Below are positions 10,431 to 22,899 of a stretch of DNA of 64,000 bases, in pieces. The DNA is taken from contig CDRNVI010000062.1 in NCBI GenBank assembly GCA_977017575.1, forward strand, positions 1 through 64,000, given 5' to 3'. This DNA is from Paramoeba atlantica (taxonomy: Eukaryota; Protista; Discosea). Position numbers and translations under genes: made by a program. The notes under the pieces were generated by a model, which had not been told where the DNA came from, did no database searches, and worked only from the letters and a program-made list of their open reading frames with translations. How positions within the stretch are numbered: position 1 is the first letter of the stretch; every line of letters starts with the position of its first letter.

Positions 10431-13400
10431 CACTCACTCACTCGCTCACTTTACACTAAGCCCCGGAATAGGGCGTTAGTTAAATATCTATCTGTATTTA
10501 CGTTCAATACATTCATCATCTAACTCTCCAACTGATTTCGTTTTCACGTCGATTGCCTCGTACTCGGTGCGCTTCGAAAGCGAAACACACAGCACCTTGC
10601 GTACACTGGATTTTATTGTCCCATCTTGGTTTCCGTCAAAGGGGATATTTTTCCGCGTTATGAGGTCGCGTCTCGTGGTCTACCTTTCTTGGTGCGGTTC
10701 GCGGCGGTACTTAATTGTGATCAAGGCGCGGGGCAATGCTGTGATAAGTGCCGTTCTAGTGTAGTAGCCGAGGTCTTGCGCCTTTTCTCTGAGAGAGCGC
10801 CGAAAAGAGCTGTCTTTTCCAACGTGTCACACTTATCGTTGCATGGGTTGCCGCAATGCCCCTTTACTTTAATCACGTAGAATTTGACGCCATTCTCCTC
10901 TAAGGTCTTTATTGCACCACCTAAATCCCAATAAATGGAAGGCCATTGTATCCTATTAGGTAATACGTTCGCCGCGTATTGCGTATAAAATGCCATGCTA
11001 CCCACGAATCCGTATGCAGTACGATTGTACCCTCAACTTTGGGTGCTCTCTGAATAGCTAGTAGTGCCGCATAAAATTCCGCTCTTTCTGGCGATGGTGT
11101 GCCAATAATCTCCTTACAAACAGTAGAACTAGCCACTTCATGGCCACACTGAACTTCAACAATCCCAATTCCAATCTTTCCGATGTAACCAGAACTAACT
11201 GAGGCGTCGGTATAAAGGTGTAGAACGTTGTTGTCACTTGAGAAAGGTGTTGGACCTTCTTCAGCGTACTGCAGGGCTGAAAGATCATTTTCCCGCTGTG
11301 CAGCAGCTGCAATGCGGTGCCAACCGCTTGATCTATAACCAATATACATTTTAGGATTCTCTAGCCCCATTTGAAGTTTTTCAACTTGTTTTTGCCAACA
11401 TTTTCTATCCTCCGCATATACCAGGGCTTCCTCGACTACTAATTCCATATCCCCGGTGCAAGCTTCGGATGGAGAACGAATTCGACGCTGCATCAGAACG
11501 AACGCGCCGCTGCATCAGTTCCGAATATATCTCTGAATTCCGTATTAAGTGTCCTACAAGACGAGCCCAGTTAACTTTGTGCAGTGTGGAAAAAAGTGGG
11601 TGTCTATATATAAGGCGGATATTGGCACACTTTTCCCAGAATGATCCAGTTTCGGACACTTACAAATAATACAACGCATCTTATTTACCCGTATATCTAC
11701 CCATTTCAATGTGGTTTCGCTCAACACTAATGTGTCCGAGTTGTAATTTAGGATAGTGTATACGAGGGCATCGAAAAAACGAAGTTTTGTCTTGACGCTC
11801 AAGGGCGATACCCATATCGGGGGATAGCGGCGGAGGTGGCGGAGGTGGCGGAGTGGCAAGAATTCAAAGTTTGAAGCACATGGTGCTCAGACGGCGAGTT
11901 TAAACCCGCTCATCGCAATATTCCCGGCGGCCTCACTCTAAGAGGCTGGGCTGAGAACCGAATAGGCCCAGTACTCGGAGGACCGTCCCGGACCCTCCTC
12001 TCAGGGAACCAGCTCCCTTACCCGGCTTACACCTCTTGGGTGAGCCGTGTTGACGTACAGTTCGTCGACGCAGCGTGTTGGCAACAGCACGTTGGTGCCG
12101 CCTTGGACAAGCGGAAACTGGTAGAGGATGTCGGCCTCGGAACTTCCAAATCTGTCTGTGAAGGGTCTGGCTCGCCAGTGACCATCCGGAGTTCTTTATC
12201 TCCGGAGCAATCCGGAAAATCCGATACCCATATGCCCCGAAATTTTGAGAAACCTGCCCACGTAAGTCGCAACCTGTCCCTGATACATGCCAATGGTTCA
12301 GTTTCATGGAAAAGATTTCCCAGATACCTATAGGAAAGTACTTTGAGCACCGTCCCCAAAGGATCAGATATCATTTCATCGGGGCCTCGTTGCCTTCCTA
12401 GTTGCATCCACGCTGTTTTAGCAGGGCCTACTGCTATTCTTAGGTTCGCGGAGAGGGCTTGTTCCGCTGTATCCTCAATCATACTCTGTAGATCAGCCTT
12501 GTTATCTGAAAAGAAAAGAAGATCATCAGCATAATTTAGATCCGTAAGACGTGTTTCCCTCAGGCCTCTGCTCTTGGATGATAGAAGGATGCCATGGGAT
12601 TTTGAATCAATAGCTTTGCTTAATATACGATCCAGAACCATTACGAAGAGGTAGGGAGCGAGGACATCCCCTTGAAGAATGCCGGTTGTAATGGGGAATG
12701 TTTCTGTTAAACCATATGATGTTCGCACGACCCCTCGCATATTCCGACATACTGACATAATCATTTCTCGCAATTTCGGTCCAATGTGAAACGCCACTAG
12801 GGATGCATGAATGGCACTAAATAAAACGGATGGAAAAGCTTTCGAAAAATCTAGAAAACCAATGCACATCCCGTTTCCTCTTAATGCTTTTACTCGTGCT
12901 TCGTTGAGAATCGCCTGGGCTTGCATTGTCGAACGGTCAGGTCTGAACCCACATTGATTATGGCGAAGCACAGGCTCTACATACGGACGAATTCGTTGTA
13001 ATATTAAACAGTTCATAAGTTTAACAACACAATTTACTAAGCATATGGGCCTTCAATTCTTTAAAAGAGTCAAGTCACCTTTCTTCGGTATCGGAACTTG
13101 TAGGACGTCACCCCAAACTTCCGGAGCCAATCCCGTGTCGTAAACGCGGTTGATAATGCTGAGCAACCACTTTCTAAGATAATCATTATCAACGATGCAC
13201 GCAAAAGCCTCCATGGGGATTTCATCCTTTCCCGGTGCCTTACCCCTCCCAAAGTGTGAAATTCCGCTTCGAAGCTCTTCCTCAGTGAAAGGGGCGTCCT
13301 CAAGTGTGTTTGTTGGAAGATTCGCCTCTAAGAATCTTATATTGTCGTCGCCCCCTGTGTCTCCAGCAAAAGCTTCAAAAAACGTTTTTATCTCCGCCAG

Positions 13401-15112
13401 CTTCTGTCTGTTTGAGGCCCCCGGTATGTTGAAGTCTGCTCGATCAACTCCACATATTTCTTTTACTGCTCTCCATGGGCTGGCGTGATTTTTCTTCATC
13501 TTAGATTCTAGGACTTCACAAGACCTAGTTATAGCATCCTCGATTGCTCCCCTGTTGTGTGATACTAGTTCATTAAAGTCCTTACGCCTTCTGCTTTGCA
13601 TGAAAATGTTGCGTAGATTATCTGGTTCAGCACCTTGCAATCCTTCAACAGGTGCCTGTATATCAAGAGATATTTTTGTGATTGGTTTCGGAATTTCCTT
13701 TCCCGAAGATCGAAGGCAAGAGGCAAGAAGATCCCAGGAAGGAAGATCTTCTGTATGCAGTTGCGCTGCGACCTGTTCACAAATTCTGTTGTTAAACTTC
13801 TCTGCATGTTCTGGGTTTGATAATTGAAACCAGTGTATTTTCGATCTTTTGATGTTGGACGATATCTTCCATTTGATTCGAATCTCTGCTCGCACAAGAA
13901 AGTGTACTGTCGGCGTAGGAGCGGCAAAAACTTGATGATGTCGCAGAGCTGATGCAAAGCGTGAGCACACTGCAATGTGATCCAACTGGCGTTTAGCATC
14001 ATTAGGCAATATGCATGTCCATACTCGCTTGCTAGGGCATAAGGAGTGTCCTGATTTGCAATCTATCCCTTCCAAAATCCCCTTCAACCTTTCAACAACA
14101 AGTTCGTCTTCTTCTGTCGTTTTGCCGAAAGTGAGAGGTGCATTTAAGTCCCCAAGTAGAAGTGCGGGTCTTCGAGGGGCTTTGCCTACTGCTTCGTGAA
14201 ACGCGTTTGTCAAAGAAATATCAAACTCTTGTTTGGCCTCCTCTGGGGAGTCACGCGTCGGCCCATATGCGTTGAGCATAAAGGCTGACCCTCCTTCGAT
14301 GTTGAACTCGCCGGCAATTATCCTATCATTTACTTTCCACGCCTTTATTGGCTCTTGCGTGATGAACCCCATACCGTTATACCCTTTCACTGCAGACATA
14401 AGGTAGATGAAAAAGATTTTATTCCCGTGTCGAAGCTTGCGCTTTAAAATATCAAATCCTTCGCCAGAAGTAAAAGTAAACCTTGTCTCCTGGAGAGCCA
14501 GTATATGCAAGTTGGTTTGTGCCATGTATCGCACAATCTCGTGCAATCGAGCAGAAGCTTTCAGTTTGAAAACGTCGTCACCTTCAAGTTTCAATGATGT
14601 CGTATTAAGAGTGCCTACAGCCAGATACTTCTTCACAGCAGACCCTTTCGGGTCGTCGTCGCGTAGGGCATGCTTGCCACACAGTACCCTAGTTTTCCGT
14701 GCTTTTCTACGGTTGTTCGAACGCCCAGGTTTTCGAATGCGTGCTCCGCATAACACGATTCGCGAATCATACGGCGGAAAGGGAAGCGTTTCCGATCGCT
14801 GGGGTACTTTACCCGCCAGCGACCTAGCTGAAAGAGGAAACCAGGCCCTCGTTGAGTTACAGTGCCCTTCCAAATCCGAAACTCCGCACTGCTCGCGTAT
14901 CTCCAGGAGAGTGCGATTTGTAACCTGGGCGAATAATTTTACTAATGCTCATCACTGCAAGGGAGCGAAGTTTAGCATGCCCGTCTGACCCCAACATCGG
15001 GTCAAACAGAGCACCCCGACCTAACGTGGACCTAAACAGAAGGTTAATAATTCCTAGCTGTGCAGGCCCGGGCGCCTCCGCCATATTTTTGAAAATGTTC
15101 AAAAAAACAAAG
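10431..15112 (-). mobile_element. Near full-length RTE-like LINE family C with RNase H; frameshifted, contains a SINE
   Basis: ORFs 14857-15102, 13053-14873 (APE), 12027-13016 (RT: LDFSKAF, GILQGD, YADD), 10921-11493 and 10721-11005 (RNase H: YTDAS, RAE, TDS, VKGH). Candidate 8-bp TSD GTTTAGTT (10423-10430, 15113-15120). Confidence 0.88.
11818..12221 (+). mobile_element. tRNA-headed SINE family B, copy 2
   Basis: 12-bp TSD CGATACCCATAT (11806-11817, 12222-12233); removing it restores the RT-thumb reading GIWVS|PLSVKTKLR. Confidence 0.85.
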
Positions 15113-15135
15113 GTTTAGTTAAACCCGTTGTTTTG

Positions 15136-15960
15136 AGCTAATTAACGGTATGATTTTAAATCGTATTCGGCCCTCGACCGAGCGAATTCTACGCGAAAAT
15201 CAATATGGTTTCCGCCCGGAGAGGTCCACCTGTGGAGCCCAAATTATTCTCAACGAAATCCTCACGAAATCAAGACGGAACCGAAGTCATGAAAATGTCA
15301 TGATTGCTTTCATCGACTTCGCGAGTGCCTTTCCATCGCTTTCACACTCATCTATCAGGGCAGCGTTACATTCGTTCCACGTAGGACATCGAATGACAAC
15401 CCTTGCAATGTCGGCCTACGAGGGTTTAGAGGATGGGTTTAGATTGTACGTACCCCGTTTGGGAAAACCAGCTCCTTTCCTATTACCTCGGGTATTTTGC
15501 AAGGGGATGCACTGGCTCCGTATTTATTTATCATGGTTCTCGATCGCATCCTTCACGCGGCATTGAAACATAAAGATGATGGACTAACGCTGAGCTCCAC
15601 CGGAACCAGAAAACGTGGATATAAATCAATACGAGTGACTGATATTGATTGCGCTGATGATTCGATCCTGTTTTCCGACTCCAAACGTTCATTAGAAAGG
15701 ATGGTTGACAGCGTCGCTGCTGAAGCATCCAAAGCTAATTTGAGTATAGCCGCTGGTGTCAACAAAACGGCATGGAACAAAACAGCATGGCCAATATGGC
15801 TTGTCAACGTTATCCTCAAGCTAATTAACGGTATGATTTTAAATCGTATTCGGCCCTCGACCGAGCGAGTTCTACGCGAAAATCAATATGGTTTCCCCGC
15901 CCGGAGAGGTCCACCTGAGGAGCCCAAATTATTCTCAACGAAATCCTTAAGAAATCATCG
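15136..15960 (+). pseudogene. RT fragment of an RTE-like LINE with internal duplication
   Basis: NRIRP..ENQYGFRP, FIDFASAF, QGDALAPYLF, CADD; the first ~130 bp are repeated at ~15820. Confidence 0.85.
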
Positions 15961-15961
15961 C

Positions 15962-16182
15962 AAAAAAAAAAATCCGAATCATTCCGGATTGCTCCGGATG
16001 GTCACTGGCAAGCCAGGCCCTTCACAGACAGATTTGGAAGTTCCGAAGCCGACGTCCTCTACCAGTTTCCGCTTTTCCAAGGCGGCACCAACATGCTGTT
16101 GCCAACACGCTGCGTCGACGAACTGTACGTCAACACGGCTCACCCAAGAGGTGTAAGCCGGGTAGGGGGGCTGGTTCCCTGA
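15962..16182 (-). mobile_element. SINE family B, 5'-truncated copy
   Basis: Matches 1810-2025. Confidence 0.8.
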
Positions 16183-16225
16183 TGCATACTAAGCGGCACT
16201 TGATAATGCATATAGCACATTGATT

Positions 16226-16505
16226 GCGAGGAGATGGCGCTGGTGAGGGGCATGGGGTTCCACCCTCCGGCCTTCTCCACGTACAGGGTCCCGGGCCCAG
16301 AAACCTTGACCTTCCTCAACAAGGTGGCCCGGGCCCACTCATCGGACAAGAATGGGTTTCTCGCCCATCTCTTAATGGCCATCGGGGTGGCCATCCAGAG
16401 AGGGAATGCCCAGATTGCGCAGGCGGCGGTACAGGACTGGTACCGCCGCGGGGTTCTGGGGTAGGACCAGGGAGGGGGGGTAGGCTTCCGGTGGGCCTAG
16501 GGGGG
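16226..16505 (+). mobile_element. 3' fragment of a CRE-clade (restriction-like endonuclease) retrotransposon
   Basis: PGPETL.FLN.VAR...AIGVAIQRGNAQI C-terminus, homologous to ORF 45850-46680. Confidence 0.75.
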
Positions 16506-16519
16506 TTAACATATCCTAC

Positions 16520-16670
16520 TTAAAATACGTTTTAGGAGTCGATTTTGGAAAAATAATATTTTTACTTGTTTTTGGGTCAAAGAAAAAAATTTTTGGTCAA
16601 CCCAAAAATTTCAGAAAATTTGACCTTGTCGGACCCTTCCTGCGCGTACCAAGGGGGGGATGGAAAATTA
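16520..16670. repeat. Dispersed repeat family C, associated with AT-rich minisatellites
   Basis: TTTAGGAGTCGATTTTGGAAAAAT...TTGACCTTGTCGGACCC recurs at ~25850-25960, ~28850-28990 (reverse) and partly ~18895-18930. Confidence 0.7.
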
Positions 16671-16698
16671 TCGACGCGATATACAGTGAAGTATTACA

Positions 16699-17538
16699 CG
16701 AAAGAGCCTAAAAAACAAAAATTGGCTTCGAAAACAGGAGAAACCGGAAGGATTGGAGCCAAAAAAAGCCGATTTTCAGGTAAAAATGGGGTCAATTTTA
16801 GCTATTTTCGCTCTCAGAGCACTAAATCAGACATTTGCGCTTGGGAAATTACTCTTAGGCATGAATGAAAGCCTACCGAACGTATTGGGTGGAGAATACG
16901 ACTCCAACCATACCATTCTTTCGACACTAAAATGACCCTTGGGGTCCGAAAAATACTTTTTCACCTTTTTTAGTCAAAAATGGGTCATTTGGAGGGGCGC
17001 ACCACGGTTCGAAGAAGGGATACCTTGCGAAAACAACTGCGGAGAAAGCTAGTGTAGGTCCCAAACTATCAAAATGCAATAGGGGAAACGATTTTGGAAA
17101 AATATTTTTTTTGCCATTTTTTTAGCTAAGTTGAAATGTTTTTCAAAAATGTTTTCCGAACTTGGCGGACCCGTCCTGCGGATACGCGAGGGGGTCACCA
17201 CCGGGTAGGGGGATATAAAATGCGCGCCAAGACCCCGGCTATCCCTTCTGCGGTTTTTTTTCGAAAACTAATTTTCTCGAAAAAATTTGCTCGACCATGA
17301 CCTCCCTAATTTTCCCCCCCTGGACCCCCCTAATTTTTTCGAAAAAATTTGCTCCACCATGACCTCCCACTGGACCCCCCATTTTTATCATTTTTTTTTT
17401 TAAATTTTGGACCACCGGAGCCCCCTTTTATATTTTTTTCCTTTATTATATTACTGTGTTCCTCTTTATATTTTCACTGTTCTTGTTCACTTTTTTTTCA
17501 ATAATCGAGGGTAGAGCGGTAGTTATACAACCACCGCA
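16699..17538. mobile_element. Family A copy; palindrome mostly lost at left, short-hairpin end at right
   Basis: Body homology; ends GCGGTAGTTATACAACCACCGCA. Confidence 0.8.
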
Positions 17539-17553
17539 GTACGAGTGGATTAT

Positions 17554-18128
17554 ATTGCGGTGGTTGTATAACTACCGCTCTACCCTCGATTATTGAAAAA
17601 AAAGTGAACAAAAACGGTGAAAATATAAAGAGGAACACAGTAATATAATAGAAGAAAAATTTATAGAAGGGGCTCCGGTGGTCAAAAAATTTTCCGGGGG
17701 GGGGTCCATGGGGGGGAGCATACCGCACGAAACTTTTTTGAAAAAATTATTTTTCGAAAAAAATCCGCAGAAAGGGTAGCCGGGGTCTTGGCGCGCATTT
17801 TCCACCCCCCAACCCGGGAGTGACCACCCCTCGCATGCGCAGGACGGGTCCGCCAAGTTTGGATTTTTTCGGATTTTTTTTTTGAAAAAAAATTCAAATT
17901 GGCGAAAAAAATGGCAAAAAAAATATTTTTTCAAAATCCTTTTCCCTATTGTGTTTTTATAGTTTGGGCCCTATACTAGCTTTCTACACCGTTGTTTTCG
18001 CAAGATATCCATTCTTCGAGCCGTGATACGCCCCTCAAAATGATACATTTTTGACTAAAAAAGGTGAAAAAGTATTTTTCATACCCCAAGGGGATTTTTT
18101 GTGTCGAAAGAATGGTTTTTGTGTCGAA
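17554..18128. mobile_element. Family A copy in opposite orientation, truncated before the palindrome
   Basis: Begins ATTGCGGTGGTTGTATAACTACCGC; mirrors the preceding copy. Confidence 0.8.
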
Positions 18129-18444
18129 AGATGACCTTGGTGAAAGTTCCATTTTGGCTTCTTGGGATGCCACTGGTATTCGAAGAGAAATGTGGGGGTA
18201 TGAGCCATGGAGACGTCCATTGATCGACGATATCAAACAGAAAGCACAGTCTGGAAATCTTTTGGAAACCGTTGAAATTTCTGAAGACCCTCCAAGCGAT
18301 AGTGACATTGAGGATATCTCCGATCAGCGTGATTCAAGACGAACAAGTCTTCCTTCCGGATCTTTCCCAATTCCATGGCGAAACTTTCCTCTCCTGCTTG
18401 TGAAGAACATCGGAAGGCCCCGAAAAACAGTTCCTGTGGAAGAA

Positions 18445-19227
18445 ATCCAGGCTAAACTGGTCGAGGGAGATACTAAAGGCACCTTTGGAAAACCACCTCG
18501 AAACTAGAACGGTATCACCCGTTAAAGACCCTTTTGCCACATCAGAATGCTCTACAAACCGGGGGATACCGTTCCAGTTTCGAGGTGATTTCCCAAAGTG
18601 CCTTTAGCATCTCCCTCGCCCACTTTAACCCGGATTACATAGCCATCCGAACATGCTCCCTATGGCGCTTTATAGCTTCCAACGCGAGGAAGTCGTCGTC
18701 GCTGCGGTAAAAAGACAGAAAGGCTACGCCTTCTGCCTTTTTGCCTTGCGCCTCCTCCTTCCTCTACGGCCTCGCGTGTCACACACTTCCGAGTAAAGTT
18801 TGGCCTTTGTAGGTATATTACCGGAACGTTGTGGAGAAATATCGAATGAAACCAAAGCGTATACACGTATATCAGGCCTCAAACTCTCAAAAAACGGTCT
18901 AGGAGTTGATTTGGGAAAAATATATTTTTTGACTTTCACCCACAAGTTTTCAGTTTAATTTTTCAAAATTTCAAAAATTGCTATGATCACCCTGGTGGGG
19001 AGGTGGGGGGGGGCAGGGGATACCCATCGGAATTGTTGAAAAACTAGTGATCTCGTCACTCAATTCGATTCATACGTCTTTGTAATTTTTTTTTTCAAAA
19101 ACTGACCTGAAACGATATCGGGCACGATATCGGGCCACAAATCGGGCACGAAATGGGGCACGAAATCGGGCAAGAACGGGCACGGCGAATTAACCTACGG
19201 TAGCGAGGGAGTAGTATCTCCATCAAT
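18445..19227. mobile_element. Non-autonomous family B, copy 1 (190-bp palindrome at left, short hairpin + CAAT at right)
   Basis: Arms ATCCAGGCTAAA..GAGGGAGATACTAAAGGCACCTTTGGAAAACCACCTCGAAAC and its reverse complement, ~33-nt spacer; right end GAGGGAGTAGTATCTCCATCAAT. Confidence 0.75.
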
Positions 19228-19309
19228 ATAAATATAATCCAGGCTAAAATCGGGCACGGCGAATCAACCTACGGTAGCGAGGGAGTAGTATCTCCCTCAA
19301 TATAAATAT

Positions 19310-19687
19310 AATCCAGGCTAAAGTGGACGAGGGAGATACTAAAGGCACCTTTGGAAAACCACCTCGAAACTGGAACGGTATCACCCGTTAAAGACCCTTT
19401 TGCCACATCAGAATGCTCTACAAACCGGGAGATACCGTTCCAGTTTCGAGGTGGTTTTCCAAAGGTGCCTTTAGTATCTCCCTTGCCCACTTTAGCCTGG
19501 ATTACATAGCCATCCGAACATGCTCCCTATGGCGGAATTGTTGAAAAACTAGTGATCTCGTCACTCAATTCGATTCATATGTCTTTGTAAATATTTTTTT
19601 CGAAAACTCACCTGAAACGAAATCGGGCCACAAATCGGGCACGACGAATTAAATCTACGGTAGCGAGGGAGTAGTATCTCCCCCAAT
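19310..19687. mobile_element. Family B, internally deleted copy 2, tandem with copy 1
   Basis: Same palindrome (19310-19503) and same right end GAGGGAGTAGTATCTCCCCCAAT. Confidence 0.75.
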
Positions 19688-19726
19688 AACTTTTTACCCG
19701 CCCAAGTCATTTTATAAATGTTGGTA

Positions 19727-20424
19727 TTTTCTTTTTTAGGCTCTTCGTTAAACGCGGTGGTTGTTTTCAACTTAGAAGTCACTCATGCTGCGCGCTTCGC
19801 GTTGAAAACTACCGCCGCGTTTAACGAAGAGCCTAAAAAAGAAAATTTAGCCTGGCAAACGGAAAGATTATAGCCAAAAATAGCCGAAATTCGGGTAAAA
19901 ATGGGGTGATTTTCGCGTAGTTTTGCTGTCAGAGCACTAAATCCGACATTTGCGCGTGGGAAATCACTCGTAGGCATGAATGGAAGCCTACCGAACGTAT
20001 TGAGTAGAGAATGCGACTCCAACCATACCATTCTTTCGACACTAAAATGACCCTTGGGGTCCGAAAAATACTTTTTCACCTTTTTAGTCAAAAATGGGTC
20101 ATTTTGAGGGGCGCACCACGGTTAGAAGAAGGGATACCTTGCGAAAGCAACTGCGGAGAAAGCTAGTGTAGGTCTCAAACTATCAAAATACAATAGGGGA
20201 AACGATTTTAGAAAAATATTTTTTTTGTCATTTTTTTAGCTAAGTTGAATTTTTTTTCAAATTTTTTTTTCCGAAAAAATCCGAACTTGGCGGACCCGTC
20301 CTGCGGATACGCGGGGGGGTCACCCCCGGGTAGGGGGGTGGAAAATGCGCGCCAAGACCCCGGCTACCCTTTCTGCGGCTTGTTTTCGAAAGCTAATGTT
20401 TTCGAAAAAAATTGCTCGACCATG
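19727..20424. mobile_element. Family A copy (palindrome at left) joined directly to RepHel coding sequence
   Basis: Palindrome ~19727-19845; the body runs into the Rep-encoding frame at ~20421. Confidence 0.8.
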
Positions 20425-22388
20425 AAAAAAACGATACCCTTTTCGCCAGCAAAGCGAAAGGCATCACAAGGTCAGATCTACGCCTTATACAGGCGATACG
20501 GGCTGCCAACTTACAGGATCGCAGTGGGTCCAAACAAGAACGATAAAAATCTAGCTCTAAGAATCATTACAAATGATGAGAGCGAAAAAATGCAGGAAAT
20601 GCGGGCCAACCTTTCGAACGGCAAATCCGTACTCTTCTTACCAAATTGTACGGAATGTCGAATGTAGATGAGGTAAAGAAGGAACGTGACGTTCTTGAAG
20701 GCCTCTTTGGTCGCCCTCGAGCATTTTTTGGTGTCGTAGAATGCCAGAAACGAGGTGCGCTACACTTTCATAGTGTACTATGGACGAATCTTAGTCCACA
20801 CTACGTCTCCGAATTAATTCACATTGTGAAGGAGCACGATGGTCTCGCGAAGTCTTTGAGTACGACGATGCGCTCTGATCTGCACGAGTGGGCGCGAAGG
20901 ATCAGTAAGGAGCTTTACGGCCCTGCAACGCTCGACTACTCAAAGATGTATCGCGGAGGACTACATATCATTCCTGATGAAGAGGATGATTATTTCAGGG
21001 AACATGTGGCCAAAAGTGCTGTTGATGTTCAGCAGCACGTTGGTCACAGACCCATGTTTTTAAAAATGAAAGGAAACATAAACAAGAACAAATACCGATA
21101 TGGCATTCCATCCGTACTTCATGAAAATGAAACGGAAGTTGGAGAGGTTGAGGTTCAGATGGATGAATCTGGACAACCGGAATTCCGGCTCAAGCCTCCA
21201 ACACGGTCGATTAAAAATGATGCCATTTGGTCAGTACTTGATGAACGGTCTCTGATTGTGCTTCTGCGCAATAACCATGACCCGACACAAGACACTAAAC
21301 GGGAATCCATCACCGTTCCGTACAATGAAACACTCACTGCTTGCGTAAGATGCAATACATGTGCAGTTTTCATTGGGAGCGAAGGCCCCGGCATAAAAAT
21401 TATGCAGTATCTCATAAAATATATGAGCAAGAACATTGGTCCACCTGTGTACATTGTACCAGCACTTCGCGCAGCCAATGACCACCTTCAAAGGGGTCTG
21501 AATTCAGAGCACAGAGCGCAAACTGACATTCCGATGGCACGCTTAGTTTTACAGAAATTGTCGAACATGACACATCGAAAGATGGAAGTTTCAATCGAAA
21601 TGGCAACTGTCTTTTGTCTCGGCCAACCCTCCGAGTACATGAGCCATAACTTCACATGGATCAATATGAACCGTGTAATGAAGTTCCTGGCAAACATCTC
21701 AAGTGAGTTAGATCACAGATATATAGAAATCAGTGACGATGATTCGTCACAAGACTCCTATATAGAGTTCGACAACGGTATCTTAGAGGCTCCTATAATG
21801 ATCACCGAACATGATTGTGCAGTTATTGCACCGCTCCATGTGCGTTACATGCACAGGGGCGAAGATCTTCAAGACCTTGAACTGTATTCCTATGCAAGCA
21901 TTGTCAGCGTAAAGAAGAAAAGAGCTGAGCTAGCTCAAGAAGAGCCCGATCATGATTCAGATTTTGAGTCAGGGACAAATCGAAGACGTCGTCGCGGACG
22001 TCGTGCTAATGGGAGATACGCCTTTGAGGAAATTGAGGGCCTCCCGGAATTTGAGCCTGGATATATTGTTAAGCAACAGTTGCGCTCTTTGCACACTGTG
22101 CCAGCTATACCAGGTTTTCCCATATTGAGTTCTTCAAAAGAACCTGGGACACGAGCTCGAAGCCAGCTTCGAGTAGGGAAACGCATGGTGGCATTGTTTT
22201 CCCCATGGACGAAAGGCTCACCGAGCCATGAAATGACCCTAGAAGGGTTTGAAAAGCTTCTCAATGAAGCGAAAGTAAATACGCCTGGAAAGTATGACAC
22301 AATGTGCAACTTTCTTCGGCTTTTACATGCTTCTAAGAATACAGAGAACGCGGCAGATTTGTATAACGCAAAGATGCTTGCCATCTAG
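20421..22388 (+). pseudogene. Helitron-type HUH Rep domain, 5'-truncated and frameshifted
   Basis: Motif 1-like YGLPTYRIAVGPN (ORF 20245-20667), HUH motif VECQKRGALHFHSVLW, CNT motif and Y2 motif QYLIKYMSK (ORF 20646-22388). Confidence 0.88.
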
Positions 22389-22899
22389 AAGAAGCAAGAT
22401 TAGCACGCAACATTGTGTACGAAAATGAGCTTGAAGTCCGAGAGGTTGAACCTCATCTTCAAGATGCTCTTGAAGCACAGCAGAACACTGCAGTGGTCAA
22501 TGAAGAGCGATTGGTTCAGCAGAATGCATACTGCGAACTACAAACGTGAACTTTAACGGCCGCGTTAGGAAGTTCTACTGAGAACTCCCCTGAAGAAAAT
22601 GTTGATCTTGCATCGACGATGACAAGGACGAGGTCCAATATTTCAGTCATAAATGCGAGAGAGCGCTATGCTGAAATGATTCAAAACGAGCGACTTGCAA
22701 CTTCGGCTCAATCTGAGCCAAGTGCACCAATGGACAGAGCTCATTTTAATGAGGATCGTCCGCTGGCTCGCAGTAATACGACGAGATTACGTTCGATCGC
22801 AGCTACATATTGCGCGAAGTCAACAGTTCCATTGAACTGAACTATGCACAGAAACAGTGCGTAAATCAAATTGAAAATTTACTAAACGGGAAACTAGAC

